Source: Podarcis melisellensis | Taxonomy: Eukaryota | Direction: 5' to 3' (one strand) | Assembly (NCBI GenBank): GCA_964234715.1 | Contig: OZ174284.1 | DNA length: 64,000 nucleotides | Shown here: positions 1 to 13,445 of the stretch, piece after piece | How positions within the stretch are numbered: the stretch's first letter is position 1 | Layout of the letters: each line of letters opens with the position of its first letter | Position numbers and translations under genes: made by a program | Notes under the pieces: generated by a model | Databases searched by the model: none | Told to the model about the DNA's origin: nothing | Seen by the model: only the letters and a program-made list of their open reading frames with translations

Positions 1-31
1 ACATGATTTGGCTGAATTTGGGAGAGGGGCT

Positions 32-107
<76 letters not shown>
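32..107. repeat. Compound microsatellite (GT)n(GA)n(GACA)n
   Basis: Directly visible. Confidence 0.95.
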
Positions 108-108
<1 letters not shown>

Positions 109-2032
109 TTTTGGCTCTCCCTACCCTTCTCACACCAAGAATTCCAGCATTATGCACTGGATGTGGCACGGCCGGCCCTACCATTGAACAGCATGAGGTA
201 GCTGCCTTATAATGCAGATGCTGGTGAGCTGCATGTGGTGGCAAAATGTTGAGGTTTTAGGGACCCCCTTCCCTGCGGCCCCTAAGCTATATTACAGTAT
301 CGTAAGATATTGTGAAGTTATCTCCTCATCACCCATGTTAAAGCAAGAGTCATTGCCCAGTCCAGGTGGCTTCTGTAGGTGGAATTGAGGAGGACTTCAT
401 GTTATCCCTCTCCTTAGGTTGCAAAATGTCTTGGGTGGGCCCTGACTTTGACCCCAGTCCAGAGAAAGTTGAGCCCAGATCACATGTGCTGTGACAGTGG
501 GTTCTTGCATGTGTGAATAGGGCATTACCACAGAGAAGATTCCTTATCTCCTCCTCCGACAACAGCACAGTCACTTGACACCTCCTGCCGCCGCTCATTC
601 AGGTCTGGTTCCTCGACGCACACAGATCACTTGCGTTTCCTACCCTGGACAAGTGCATGGGTGATGCCAGGAAAAAGCGCCTGTGTTTTAGATGATGCAA
701 GGAGATACAGAATCGGTCTCTCCCATGGTCCATTCTGACATGCAAGCCATCACTTGATGATGTACATGCATGTGTGAATTGGGCCCAACAAGTGCAGAGA
801 GAAAAACCCGGATGCCCATGTATATATGAACCAGCCCTTGGTCACTCTTGAGTTATGATGAAATTGAAGGGAAGGCAAGTTAATTAAGATTAGCCAAGCT
901 TGTTTCATTGATTTCAATGAGTTTCATTCATGAGACACTGGAAGCCTTAGAACTCTAGTAGACAGCAGGTTCTCCAGGGCCTTGGGCTGAGGTCTTCCCA
1001 TCACCTGCTAACTAATCCCATGGAAGCTGTCACTTTGCATGAGCCAAGGCCCCTGCACATATTTGTCACTAGATGTGGGCCCTTTTATCCAAGTACTGCT
1101 CTGCCATTTCCTTGCGGCTTACGTTCCCTCCACAATGCTGATGGTGTGCTTGTGCTAGGACTGCTAAAAAGAGAGGCTGACAATTGATGCTGGATCAGTT
1201 CACTTCTTCTACAGAAAGCACACAGAAACAAGTCCGCTGGGATGAATCAGCCAGGGCCATGTCCTCAGCAAAAGTGGGCTGCAATTTAAATTTAGGAGCG
1301 GAAAATCTCCAGAAATTAGGCATGTAAATTAAGGCTGCTTTCTGCACCATGAACAAGAGTTTAACCTTCAGTGTGATTCTTAAATGCTGCTCAGGAATAT
1401 GCCTCTCATCTGAATATTCTTTTCAGGAAATCACATGACTAATGGGAAATACTAGACCCAGGCTTGCTCTTTGGTTTTTAGTCTTAATTTGTGAATATTC
1501 CACATGTTAACTTAACGTAGCGGCAAATGTGGGTGTGCTACCAAATATACACCTACAGCTAACCATGTTCTTGATGGTTTTCCTCTTTTAATACATTTGT
1601 TTCCAAAAAGTACATTTGGCACATTCACACAATACATCTACTTGGTATATGCCTTTCAGTTTATACTAAAAAATGTTATGTGTGAAGAGGCCCTTGGGAA
1701 GCACAGTGTAAACCTGGGACAGGCAACCTGTGGCCCTCTGGATGTTGTTGAAATACAGTTCCCATTGTCCTTGACTAATGCTGTTGCGGGCTGAGGCTGA
1801 GGCTGAGGCTGATTGGAGTCAACAAAATCTAGAGGTTCCCTATCCCTGGCATAGACTGTTATTGCCTTTAGAGCTTGCAGTAGTAGGTCTTCATCTGAAC
1901 TGCTCCAAATCATAGCTATCATTGAGAACAAAACAAAACCTTCTGTTTGGGGCCACAATATAAACAGTCTTAACATTAGGAAAAGGGCTTGGAAGAGAAA
2001 CCCTACAGGTAGATTGTACCCAACAATTAGTA

Positions 2033-2247
2033 CAGTGGTACCTTGGGTTAAGTACTTAATTCGTTCCGGAGGTCCGAAACTGTTCTCAACTTGAAGCACC
2101 ACTTTAGCTAATGGGGTCTCCCGCTGCCGCCGCCCCACCGGAGCACGATTTCTGTTCTCATCCTGAAGCAAAGTTCTTAACCCAAGGTAATATATCTGGA
2201 TTCGCGGAGTCTGTAACCTGAAGCGTATATAACCTGAGGTACCACTG
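2033..2247. mobile_element. Tc1/mariner (Tigger-like) MITE, family A, orientation B
   Basis: TIR CAGTGGTACCT...AGGTACCACTG, TA on both sides; seven related copies in the window. Confidence 0.9.
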
Positions 2248-2839
2248 TATAAGAAGTACAAAACCCTCAGCACTGCAGTGCTTAGTTTCCCTGAGCATAG
2301 GAGCACATAGGAGTCTTTGGATACTTATGAAGCATTCCAATATTTTTAACGGTGATCACCTGCTGGTAAATGAACCATTTCTTCTCACTTTGCAGATTAG
2401 CTAAAAATGCATGTACTATGTGCTTTGGCCATTCTTACAGCAGCATTGTAAGGTAGGCTGGAATTACAATCCATATGTTTGAGATGTGAGGACTGAGAGT
2501 GACAGATTGTGACCTAAGGGTGCCCAATGTGTTCATGGTTGAACTGAGCTTCCAATGGGGCATTTTCAGCTCACTCCTGTTAACCACTGTGCTTGAGGCT
2601 CTGCCAAACAACCCTCTTTGCTTAAGCCTGATCAGATACGTCCATAGCCTACCAGTGAAGAAACATGCTTACTTGAAAAGGCAGGACTCCTAGGGTGACA
2701 CATGCCAGTTTCCCAGGTTGATGTGATAACGTGTTCATGTTCCCATTGTTCCCTACACTGAGAACGAAGCAGTAGAAATATTGCCCAGATTCTACCTGTA
2801 CACATACTGATACCTTTAGGAATCATAATGGCCCTGAAG

Positions 2840-3080
2840 GTTCAGGCCAAAGGGCCCCCAGCTCCTCATCCTGTTCTTACATTGGCCAACTGGATGCCTA
2901 TGGCAAGCCTGCGAGCAGGACCTGAGTGCAAGTTGTGATTCCCAGGAACTGGCCTCAAACAGAGGAGACAGAACATAGATGGCTAGTTGCCATTGATAGC
3001 TTTATCTAGCATGAATTTGTCTAAACCTCTTTTAAAGCCATGGAAGTTGTTGTCCCTTACTACCTCTTGGGGGAGCATCT
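2840..3080 (-). mobile_element. CR1-type LINE 3' end fragment
   Basis: Shares ...catgaatttgtctaa.cctcttttaaagcca... with the copy at 31281-31520, which translates to a CR1 ORF2 C-terminus. Boundaries approximate. Confidence 0.65.
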
Positions 3081-3598
3081 TTGTCCAGAGTGCTAAAATC
3101 AATGCAAAATATTAAGGATCTTAATCCGCCTTGCATTAAAGAGGCTGGTCAACTGGACTTCGATCGCAGTGAAGGATTTATTTCCACCATCTCCTCCTCC
3201 TCTCTGTATTGCAGATCATCACATCCTTTGGAGCTGGAGCAGGAAGAGCTGTATTTTCTCATTACAGACGATGTTCTAATTACAGTGAGACTCATTGCTT
3301 CTCAGCTTACTTTCAATAACAAAAGTTTTTTTCAGTTCTAGCTCCTCCAAGAATCAGATGCTGCTAGGTTACTGATGTGTTGGATCAATGCTATTCTCAG
3401 CTTCTGTACATAGCAGAACTCCTAGAAGGCTGGTGTCGTCACTGCAGGATGCCAATGCTGTTAATTGGACGTGTTAATGACAATGCTATCGATAAAAGGT
3501 GGATGTAATCTGGGAGAAGCCACCTTTTCCCAGCAATCTTCCGTTTACACACAAAAGGGACTGAGTCGCTGTTATTTTATGGGCCCATTATGCCAATC

Positions 3599-5343
3599 TT
3601 TTTTTTTTACTTTTTTAAAAACAAAGTAATAATAATAAAAAAATAAAAAGGTGTCCCCTGCCCCTGAGACCATTACATTATAACTACCCAACCTCCCAAA
3701 ATTTCAATACCTCTTGCGATGGTTTAACTCCTTTCCATTTTAACAGTACAAATTATACAAATACCTTCCATATCTCCTCAAAATCATTTTTCCTGAATAG
3801 TCCCCATCTTACCTTATTAGCACATGTTAATTTATCATTAATGGCTATATCCCACACCTCTTTATACCATTCTTCTATTTTATATTCACCTTGCCCCTTT
3901 TACATCCCAGCTATCAATAAATCTGTGAGCAAGTCCTTCATAGCCTGAGAACCTTCCACCCCATCGTAAATTGATAACAATGCTACCTCTGGACTTATTT
4001 ACACCCCCACCACATGCGAACATAAGTACCTGTTTCCTGGCCTCCCCTCCAACATTACACTGAATATTCCTTGTTTATTTGATTTAATCTTACTCGTGTT
4101 AAAGACCATCTCCATACTAACTTATAGTAATTTTCTTTTATCCTTATAGACAACATTTTCAAAATGTGTTTCTCCCATATTTCCCCCCAGCTTTGATTAT
4201 TTGCCCTGTTGTCTTCTTTTCCCACAACTCTTTTAATTGATCTTGTTGATCCTCCATTTCTACTGTTTTATAAATTTCACTGGTTTCCCCTTTTATACCT
4301 ATCTTTTCTTCTTTATCTCCCCTTTTAATAATCTCCCCCCCAATTTTGTATATTCTTTGCAGTTCTTGTTCTTTGCAGTTCTTGTTTCCCCTTAACCACT
4401 TCTTTGTCCATTGTTCCAGTTGTATAAAGTTAAACCAAGTTATTTTACTTCTTGTTTGTTCTTTTCTAATTTGTTCTTGGCTTCTCATTTTCTCCACCCA
4501 TTCATTTATTCTATGTATTTTCTTCTCTTTTGCTTCTTTTTCAATTTCCTTTTTTAAATTTACTGGGAAGTCTTCTATCATCACCACCAGAGTTAGTGGG
4601 GAATTTACTGGTATCAGTGTTCCTTTATATTTCGCCCATATCTCAATGATGTTTCTTAATAAGGGATTTTCAATATTCTGCCACCATTGCCTATTTGGTT
4701 TGATAAAAAATATATTCACTAACTTCTCCTTCATTTCTTATGTATCACTCTCTAACCATTCTAACTCTTCTTCTGTTATCCCATCTATGATATATCTTAA
4801 CTGATTTTCTATATAATATAACTTTATGTTGGGGAGATCCAGTCCACCTGTTTTCTGGGGTTTATACCATCTTCTTTTATTAATTCTATATTTCTTATTC
4901 CCATTACAAATCATACCTTGCCAACCCTTTATCTTATGTTTATCTTAATTGGTAACACTCTAAATAAGAAAATTATTCTAGACAAAATTTTCATTTTAAT
5001 TATCGCTACAGTGGTACCTTGGGTTACATACGCTTCAGGTTACGTACGCTTCAGGTTACAGACTCCGCTAACCCAGAAATAGTACCTCAGGTTATAAACT
5101 TTGCTTCAGGATGAGAACAGAAATTATGCTCCGGCGGCATGGCGGCAGCAGGAGGCCCCATTAGCTTCAGGTTAAGAACAGTTTCAGGTTAAGAACAGAC
5201 CTCCGGAACGAATTAAGTACTTAACCCGAGGTACCACTGTATTTTTCCAAACCACGAAAGCTTAATTTTCTTATACCCCTCCAGCTTTTCCTTAATTTCC
5301 CTCTTTAATTTGTTAAGGTTCTCTTGTTCTAAATTTTCTAAAC
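3599..5343 (-). mobile_element. 5'-truncated, degenerate L1-clade LINE (3' part of ORF2 and poly-A), interrupted by a MITE
   Basis: Minus-strand peptides KLSWFGKI/AIIKMKIL, GGLDLPNIKLYY, NSPLT and ETGTYVRMW resemble L1 ORF2 downstream of the RT domain; T-run at 3599-3616 is the poly-A tail; ORF 4159-4734 is a remnant. Confidence 0.85.
5009..5239. mobile_element. Tc1/mariner MITE family A, orientation A, nested in the L1
   Basis: TIRs plus TA duplication; removing it rejoins the L1 reading frame. Confidence 0.92.
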
Positions 5344-6260
5344 TGACTGTGCAAGAAAGGCCTTGAAATCCCAGATAATTGCTTCCCATCACCTCTGTCC
5401 TTTGGCTATGCTGGCTGATGCTGATGGGAACATCTGGAGAGCAAGCAGGTTGGGGAATGCAGACTTGACTCTGTAGCTCTCCAAGGTCTTGGACAGAGCT
5501 CTCACACAGCACCTAAACAGAGGAAACTAGTACAATATACTGAGTCACACAGTTGGTCCCTCCAGCTCAGTATTGTCCCATCTTTAGGAGCTGGTAGCAA
5601 CTCCTCAGAGTCAATGTTTGCCCAACCCAACCCCTGCTGGAGGTTCCTGTGGTTGAACGTGCGTCTTTATCATGCAAAGGAAGTGCTCTACCACTAAAGT
5701 CTCCTGTGCAAAGCGAGAAACTGCTGTTTAGGTGGCGAGCCAGTCCTGATAAAAGCTTAGCCTTGCAGCCTTCTGGGTGAGATGCAGTCACTTTGGTGCA
5801 ATTGAACGCAATTTCATTTTTCTCCAGTTTTGGACAGGAATTGGCAACTGTCTATGGATATAGGTGGCTATACATTTGAACTGTGGAAATATGAATGAAT
5901 GAGGGAAATGAGGCTATTTTAAGAGAGGAAGATCTATACTGCAGTTTTTGGAAACAAAGGAGGATTCCTTTGAGCTTTTCAGCTGCTAAGGAAGACTTGC
6001 TGCCAAAATGTGTTCAGCTGATGTGTGGCCTGATTTTATAATCGAATAATTTGGTATTATTAGATTATACAGTTATAATTTTATAGTTCAGATTTTTTTC
6101 TTTGTTTATGGAAAGTGTATGTTGCAGTTGTTACTGCGTTTGCAATAATGAAAGCTTAAATCAATTGTTATTGTAATGGGATTTGTTATTGATCCCCGCG
6201 CTGAATTTCTTTGCGTACACACCTTGCAGTAGCCAACAGTTGCAGAAGGAAAATCAGGCT

Positions 6261-6500
6261 GGCTAAAGCTCAGAAAAAGTTCAGGTTTGCAAGAGAGGTT
6301 AAAATTATTTTTAAAAAGTTTTTTTAAGCTATGTCCGATGTAAGAGGAAGAACAAGCAAGTGGTAGGTCCTCTGTGTGGGGAAAAACAGAGAAATACTAT
6401 TGGGTGACAGAGGAAAAGCGAAACTACTCAACACCTACTTTGCCTCTGTCTTCACCGAAAAGGAAAGCGATGCCCAACCTGGTGATAACAGAATAAATGA
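6261..6500 (+). mobile_element. CR1 LINE ORF2 internal fragment
   Basis: Broken translation AKAQ..RFAREVK...[15 protein letters not shown]...[18 protein letters not shown], typical of the CR1 endonuclease-RT linker. Confidence 0.8.
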
Positions 6501-6626
6501 TAACAGAATAAATAAATAATAAATCCCCATCAGCTTCAACAATGTGTGGGGATAATAATCCTGCCTTTCATTAAAGGGCTGCTGTAAAAGCTGTAAGCTG
6601 TGTCTAACCACGTTGTACGGTTCATA

Positions 6627-6870
6627 GGTAAAGGTAAAGGGATCCCTGACCATTAGGTCCAGTTGTGGCCGACTCTGGGGTTGCGGCGCTCATCTCGCTT
6701 TAGTGGCCGAGGGAGCTGGTGTACAGCTTCCGGGTCATGTGGCCAGCATGACTGAGCCGCTTCTGGTGAACCAGAGAGCACACAGAAACGCCGTTTACCT
6801 TCCTGCCAGAGCGGTACCTATTTATCTACTTGCACTTTGACGTGCTTTCGAACTGCTAGGTTGGCAGGAG
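6627..6870 (-). mobile_element. Sauria SINE, 5'-truncated
   Basis: (ACCTTT)n tail on the minus strand, Sauria body; TSD tgtaYggttcatagg at 6614-6628 and 6871-6885. Confidence 0.92.
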
Positions 6871-9668
6871 TGTATGGTTCATAGGGCCATTGAAATCAAT
6901 GGACCTGGTTAATCAGGTCTCTTCAGTGGTTATACTCAGAATAGGAGCAACATTGCATATGTATGTGAAGCCCTTTGCACATTTGAAATATGCTTTGTAT
7001 ATTTGTCTGTTTGTTAAATCCGCCTGCCTACCAAATGGTGTTCTGGTTGCCTGGAGCCCATATAAAGCAGCCATGAGCCGGATGTTTAGGTAAACAGGAG
7101 CTCTCTTTACAGAGCAGGATGTTGTTACAGGGCTGCATGGTGGATATGCAATGGATTCAGAAAATCGGGCATTTCTGATAAATGCTCTTTTTTCCCAAAG
7201 ATGATAAACGGAAGGGTATAAAACAGATGCAGCAAAAAATAAACCGGAAAGGCAAACTGAAGCTAACGGTGCATGCTTTGGGTTTTTAGCTGCCTTATTC
7301 TTAATCAAGAGCTGAAAATATATTGGCATGATGCAGCAAGTGTGGTGCAAAATCCAATAGGCTTATACTAGATGATCACAATGGCCCTTTCAAAATCAAT
7401 AGGCCAGTTTTCAGTAAAACCATTTTGATTTACATCAAGTAGGACAAAGTGACCCTTTGCACATAACCTGAGAAGGGAGGGCCTCTTGCAATATGCTTCA
7501 CTTACTAGCTCTGTACCTTGCATTCATAGACAGAGGAAGTTTCCATTAGTATAGGAAAATGTTGATACAAAGAACGGGAAGAGCGACTTGTTTTATGGAA
7601 GTGAGGAATTTTGCTCTCAAGAACAGGAAGGAAGCACTCTAGTTTTGCACATATAGGTTTGTTTGCTTGCTTTGTTTTTCCATATTTACATAGGCCCCCT
7701 GTGGCCATAATAACTTACAACGATTTGTTCTCTTCTGGGGTCTTCTGACACACACACACACACAACTGGGAAGGAGGGTAAGGGCCTGTTTCAGCAATGT
7801 AAATGATGGTTTCACTGAACCAGGGTTAGGGCAACAAACTAGGAGTAGTACTAACCCTGGGTAAGTGGTATGTTTACATCAACCTAATAGCTTCCAAAAT
7901 GTATTTTAAGTCAAGATTGCTTGTCAATCACAATGCATTATGCTTCCCTGTTTTCTTTCTCACACACCCATATTGTGATGAGAAACACTTTCATTGCTAG
8001 AGTATGCAGGTGTGTTCAGCAGAAGTTGCAGCTTTTTCGCTTATTTTGGGATTCTGGCACATAAAACGTGTTCCACTAACATTACTGTGAGTCTGGAGGT
8101 ATTCCAGACAGGTAAACTCTTTTGAATCCAGACAGAAGTTTGGTGAAGAAAATCTATGAATACGACTTTTTGTGTTCTGCTTAAATCTCATTCATTGTAT
8201 AAAGAGGTTTCAGAAGGACTTGAGTTGCCTTACAAGTTCCTGGTTGCCTTTTGTCTTGGGGTGAGTTTCAGCTGTTCTTTGGTAATCTATTCCACCAACC
8301 ACAGCTTGGATTCAGCAGCCTTCCGGGCCCTGTGGGTGTGTCAAGGGATGTCTGTGTGCTTTAATCTTTGTATTAGAGACAGATTATTATATTACGTTTT
8401 AGTTTTGGCATCTCTCTCTCTCCTTTGCTTACTGCTTCTCCTTGACAACTTTTATTGCGATTTGCAGCATATTTTTAGCAACAGTAGTCAGTAGGCTCGT
8501 ATGTGGGCGGCTTGTGGAATTAATACCTGTAATTTCTGTAAATTGTGCAAAGTGCCTGACACTGGCGAGATGAGAGATAGGAATGCCCCATTTCCAATAC
8601 ATGGTTTGACTACTGAGTATTGTAGGGTTGTGTGAGGCACAGTCTCTGAACCTGCCAAGGCCCAGGTTGGAAGTATGGGCTCCCTAGTCAAATATTTACA
8701 TAAGGTCAAAATGAAGGTCACTTTCAGGAAAGATAGACAGTGTGTAAGAAGCCAGACTTAGAGCTGGAAAAGTAGATTCAAGTTCCTACCTTTGACTGTA
8801 CACTAACATGAGGTCCTAGTTAAATCACTGTCTGCATTCAGATGTATTTTGGACATAATAAACCATGACAAAAAAGAACTTTTTAGGCACGCACACAACC
8901 CCTTTACACAAACCAGCAAGTCTTCCACTTATTATAGTTTCTCATATTTTTTCTGAACTGGGAAACTATGGTTAATGACTTTGAAACAAACCAGGATATG
9001 AAGCCAACTTAAAACCATGGCTTAAAATCCTGGCTTCATCTGAAGCCATAGTTACCTGGTTTGGACAAAATGGATAACTATAGTTTATGAAAGGCTCCCC
9101 AGTTTATTCACTTGCGCAGGCATACAAACAGGGAAACAAAGGGACTCCGTGTGTGGCCAGCAGGCTATTAAGCCAAGATAGGATCACCCAAATGTGGACA
9201 CTATCAGTTGAAGATGTCCACTTAACAAAGTAAAGCAAGGTCAACATTAATAGAGGCTAGAAAAGATGAAGACCAGACCCAGCAAAGAGGAGCATCATAG
9301 TAAGAGACCAGGTTTACAGCTAGCCATTATATTGTACAGATGCAACCTTATTCCTGCTTCTGCCTTTATTCCTGCCTTACCTAGTCATGGGGTGTGGGAC
9401 AGAGAGCCAGCTGGATACGAGAATGTGCAATAGCAAAGAGATTTAACTGATTTTTAACTAGATTTGCAGTGTCAGAGTTTAAATAAGCACTGTACCAAAA
9501 ACTCGGGTGCTGCTGCTGCTGCTGCTGTTGCATTGACCTTCTGGCTTGCCACATTCATAAACCTCAGATAGAGAAAACATGAGGAAATGTTTCTGTTGTC
9601 TGCCGGGAAGTCCCTGCATTGCAAAACATGATGGACGACAATAGGAAGCCACTTTCGGCTCCAAAGGA

Positions 9669-9834
9669 AGGGCTGTAGCTCAGGGGTAGAGCATCTGCTT
9701 TGCACGCACAACGCCCCAAGTCCAATCCCCAGAATGTGCAGATAGGGCTGTGAGAGATCTCCATCCATAGAGACACTACTGAGCTAGATGGACCAATGGT
9801 CTAATTCAGTATAAGTCAGTTTCCCGTGTTCCTA
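9669..9834 (+). mobile_element. tRNA-headed SINE with CR1-like 3' tail
   Basis: Head gggctgtagctcag..gtagagcatctgctttgca; tail ctagatggaccaatggtct...gtataag...tgttccta. Related degenerate copies near 13988, 22400 and 56310. Confidence 0.7.
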
Positions 9835-10091
9835 GAAATAGAATAATAGAAGAAGAGTTTGGATTTGATATCCCGCTTTATCACTACCCGAAGGAGTCTC
9901 AAAGTGGCTAACAATCTCCTTTTCCCTTCCACCCCCACAACACTCTGTGAGGTGAGTGGGGCTGAGAGACTTCAAAGAAGTGTGACTGGCCCAAGGTCGC
10001 CCAGCAGCTGCATGTGGAGGAGCGGAGACGCGAACCCGGTTCCCCAGATTATGAGTCTATTGCTCTTAACCACTACACCACACTGGCTCTC
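9835..10091 (-). mobile_element. Full-length tRNA-derived squamate SINE (Squam3-like)
   Basis: Minus strand starts GAGAGCCAGTGTGGTGTAGTGGTTAAGAGC (A box), has GGGTTCGCGTCTCC (B-box-like) and ends in a (TTC/TAT)n tail. An older relative lies at about 34305-34490. Confidence 0.8.
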
Positions 10092-11032
10092 AGTTCACTC
10101 ATCTCTAACACCAAAACATGTAATGTAGTTGCTACCCAGACAACAGGTGAATCCCTTCTAGGTATTACTCATGAAATTTACATACAGAAGATTCTCATTT
10201 AAAAGATTTAGAACTATAATTAGGAGCCTGATGCTGTAATTTAGTGAGAGGAAAGAACACACGGAAAGGTTAAGAAACTGAACACATTTAAAGAACAGTT
10301 AATGAGGAAAGGAGACGGAATGGAGAGACGAAGCTGTTTCTGACTCTGCACTGTAAAACTCAACAAAGCTGTCCATACTTACCTGAGCTCCACCGAACAC
10401 AGTGTGACTTATTCTGAGTAAACAGGCAGGCAGTCACTCTGCGCGACAGTAAAGGCCTTAGTACAATACACATTTATTTGGGAATAATCCCCACTTAACT
10501 CACAGGGAATTACTATGGAGTAAACAAGCATAGGGCAGGCTTCAGAATATAGGGAAGATGTTTCCTTGAACTGAATCTGTACTATGAAACCTTTGTCCTA
10601 TGAATTGCTCCATACGTTATGTCTCCATATTAAGACATGCCAACTGGGAATCAATTCTTATTAGCCCTATGGGAGAGATACTCTGAAAAGAGTAATTGGC
10701 TGTGGAAATTTCCCGCAGCCAGTTTTCTGAAGTTTATGGTTCCTACTTTGAGTGTCAGCCTGTCTAGTCTGTCTTTCTCCATAGTCACATAAGTAAGTAT
10801 CTGATGCAAAGGCATGTATTTCTTTCTATTTTTAAAAAATTTGCATCCAGTTTCACCCTGTCTCTTCTCACACAACAACTTGCAACTCCTCTCAACCACT
10901 GGTTAAAATGAAATCGGGTAGAAGCACCGATAATTAAATTGTGGTATTTGGAAATCTGGTATGGGAAGCTCTCCTAGCAGGTGAAAAGGCAGCTAAAGGA
11001 TAGATTTTTTAGAATAGTGGTATCTATTTATA

Positions 11033-11284
11033 CAGTGGTGCCTCGCAAGACGAAATTAATTCGTTCCGCGAGTTGTGTCATCTTGCAATTTTTTCGTCTT
11101 GCGGAGCATGGATTCGCTGGGTATTAACGGCTTTAAGAAAAAGGAAGCAAAGTCGCAAGACGTTTTTGTCTTGCGAAGCAAGCCCATAGGGAAAATCGTC
11201 TTGTGAAGCAATGCAAAAACGAAAAACCCTTTCGTCTTGCACGTTTTTCGTCTTGCGAGGGATTCGTCTTGCGAGGTACCACTG
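11033..11284. mobile_element. Tc1/mariner MITE family B with internal TCTTGCGA repeats
   Basis: TIR CAGTGGTRCCTCGCAAGACGAA / TTCGTCTTGCGAGGTACCACTG; TA TSD. Confidence 0.9.
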
Positions 11285-11730
11285 TAATATACTTACCATA
11301 AGTGCACCTCTATGCATGCCTCCTCAGAAGTAAGCCCCATTTAGTTAAATGGAGATGGTTTGTGTGTAAGATTGCAGTCAGCTTAAACACATATTAAAGA
11401 ATATAACAACCTCTTCCCGCCCTCCTGAAAAATATAGAAAATATAGAAAAATATATTTTACTAAAGGCTAAGATGAGCACAAGGAGGAATATTTGTGTGG
11501 TGCTTCAATTGTTTTGCACCAGAGCGGCTTCTTTTTTCTTCTATATATGATTTGTTTATGTGCTGTGTTTTATTGCTGGTTATGAATTTTTGGTTGCAAT
11601 TGTAACCCACTTTGGGACCATCTTGTATGATGGATAGAAATATTTTAAGTAAAACCAAAAATTGAATTCCTATCGTGGATTTCATTGCATCCATACAAAC
11701 TTCTATGTTGGCAAGACTAATTTGAGACTG

Positions 11731-12035
11731 AGGGCTTAGCCAAACTTCCCTTTTCCCCGCTCTTTCCAGGCACAGCCCGCAATATAAAGCTCTGGGTCTG
11801 AATGCCCGTATTTTATTTCATTTTGTGCTTCTGAGCTTTTCCTGCGAAAACCTGCTCTTTAAATCTCAATCAGAGCAAACCAAATTTTATTTGCTCCATT
11901 CAGCTTTAAAGAGTGTATTTTTGCAGAGGCAAAGCTCAGGGCAAAATAATAACAACCACACTCAGACAGGGAGCGTTAAAATGTAGACCCCCTTCCTTTA
12001 AAGAGCGAGGTGAAAGGTAAGTGTGGATAAGTCCT
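11731..12035. mobile_element. Non-autonomous TIR element, possibly PIF/Harbinger
   Basis: Imperfect TIR agggcttagccaaactt / aagtgtggataagtcct. Confidence 0.5.
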
Positions 12036-13276
12036 ATATGGATTTTTCTCCCATTACATGAGGTCCGAAAACACACCTGTCAGCAGAGCCATGAATCACA
12101 TAGGGAAGGAAGGAAGAAAAGTTTTCCTGATTCTGAATCCGCTCCAGTAATGTTACTTTGCTGCAGAAGCTCCCAAACCTCTCATTGGCAGAAACAGATA
12201 CTGTACCGGGTCTGAATTTTCCATATGTGCTTTGTCTCTCCTAAGTGCTGGTGGGTGAAAAGAGTTCCCATACAAATGTGACGCAGTACTTAGTCATGGA
12301 ACAGAAAGGTGCACAAAGCATTTGTGCACACGGGAGTATTAAGGCTAAGGAAATAACTGGTTTCTGGGAAATTGCAAAGCACTTCTGACCGAGGTGAATG
12401 TTTGAAACACAATTAAAGTTCATGGCACAAAAGTGCTTTTCTGTACAGAGTTCTACTCTTGGTTATGCAAAGCTTTTGCTTTGTTTCCCTCTTTAACACT
12501 TGGGGTTTCTGAAAGTACTGTTCTCTGACAGCTGTTTGTAGGTATAGTCCCCCACCTCCCCAATTTACCTTTCCTATCTGTTCAAGGCATCCGTAATCCT
12601 CGCTGCCTGACATCACAGTTGTTTCCGTAGCAACAGATTATGATACTGGAACAAAGGATAATGTCAAATGGGAGGAGGGAATAGGTTACAGTATTTGTGT
12701 GTGACAGTGCATGATAATAACCCTGTATCCTAATTTATTCCTGGGCCGGTCAGACGGATTCCCTTTCTATTTCACTTTTCTGTTAGAAAAGAAGAAGCAA
12801 CAAGACCATACGTTTACTGTTGATATCTTCTCTTGCCATATGCAATTTAACTCAATTGCAACTCCAAAGGTATTATGTACTACTTCTCTGGATAGTTAGT
12901 AATTCACAGGAACCTCAAATTAAGTCTCAGGACTTTGTTATTCACGAAACAACCCAGGAGCTGCACTAACATTTACTTAATTTATTGCCAGAACTACAAC
13001 TGGACAAACTGCTCTCTGAGGTATAAACTTGCCTGGCAGTTGTTTGACTTTGGGGTTGTTTCACATGGTCTTTTTTTTTTAACCTACACAGAAAACATTT
13101 CAGATTTACACTTGAAAATATAAAGTGTGGATTCAGTGAACATAAGGACAGGAAGATGGGGAGCTGTGATTGGCTGCAGCTCCTTATAGAACATACAGTA
13201 CATGTTCTGTGGCAAATCTGGAATTACCTTTGCAAAAGGTGCAAAATGGCCCATAAAGTCATTGCTAGTAGGTACA

Positions 13277-13445
13277 GCGTTTCCATGCGCTGCTCTGGTT
13301 TTCCAGAAGTGGCTTAGTCATGCTGGCCACATGACCCAGAAGCTATACGCAGGCTCCCTTGGCCAATAAAGCGAGATGAGTGCTGCAACCCCAGAGTTGG
13401 TCATGACTGGACCTAATGGTCAGGGGTCCCTTTACCTTTACCTTT
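13277..13445 (+). mobile_element. Sauria SINE, 3' half
   Basis: Ends ccctttacctttaccttt; TSD tagYaggtacagc. Confidence 0.9.

Noticed and set aside
1656-2306. 216-aa minus-strand ORF and similar YSGTSGY... ORFs at 24201 and 36330
   Set aside because: Read-through of MITE family A sequence.
4159-4804. 191-aa and 152-aa ORFs as host genes
   Set aside because: L1 ORF2 remnant and its antisense shadow.
11033-11284. CRISPR-like repeat array
   Set aside because: Eukaryotic DNA; short irregular words inside a TIR/TA-bounded MITE, with no spacer structure or cas genes.
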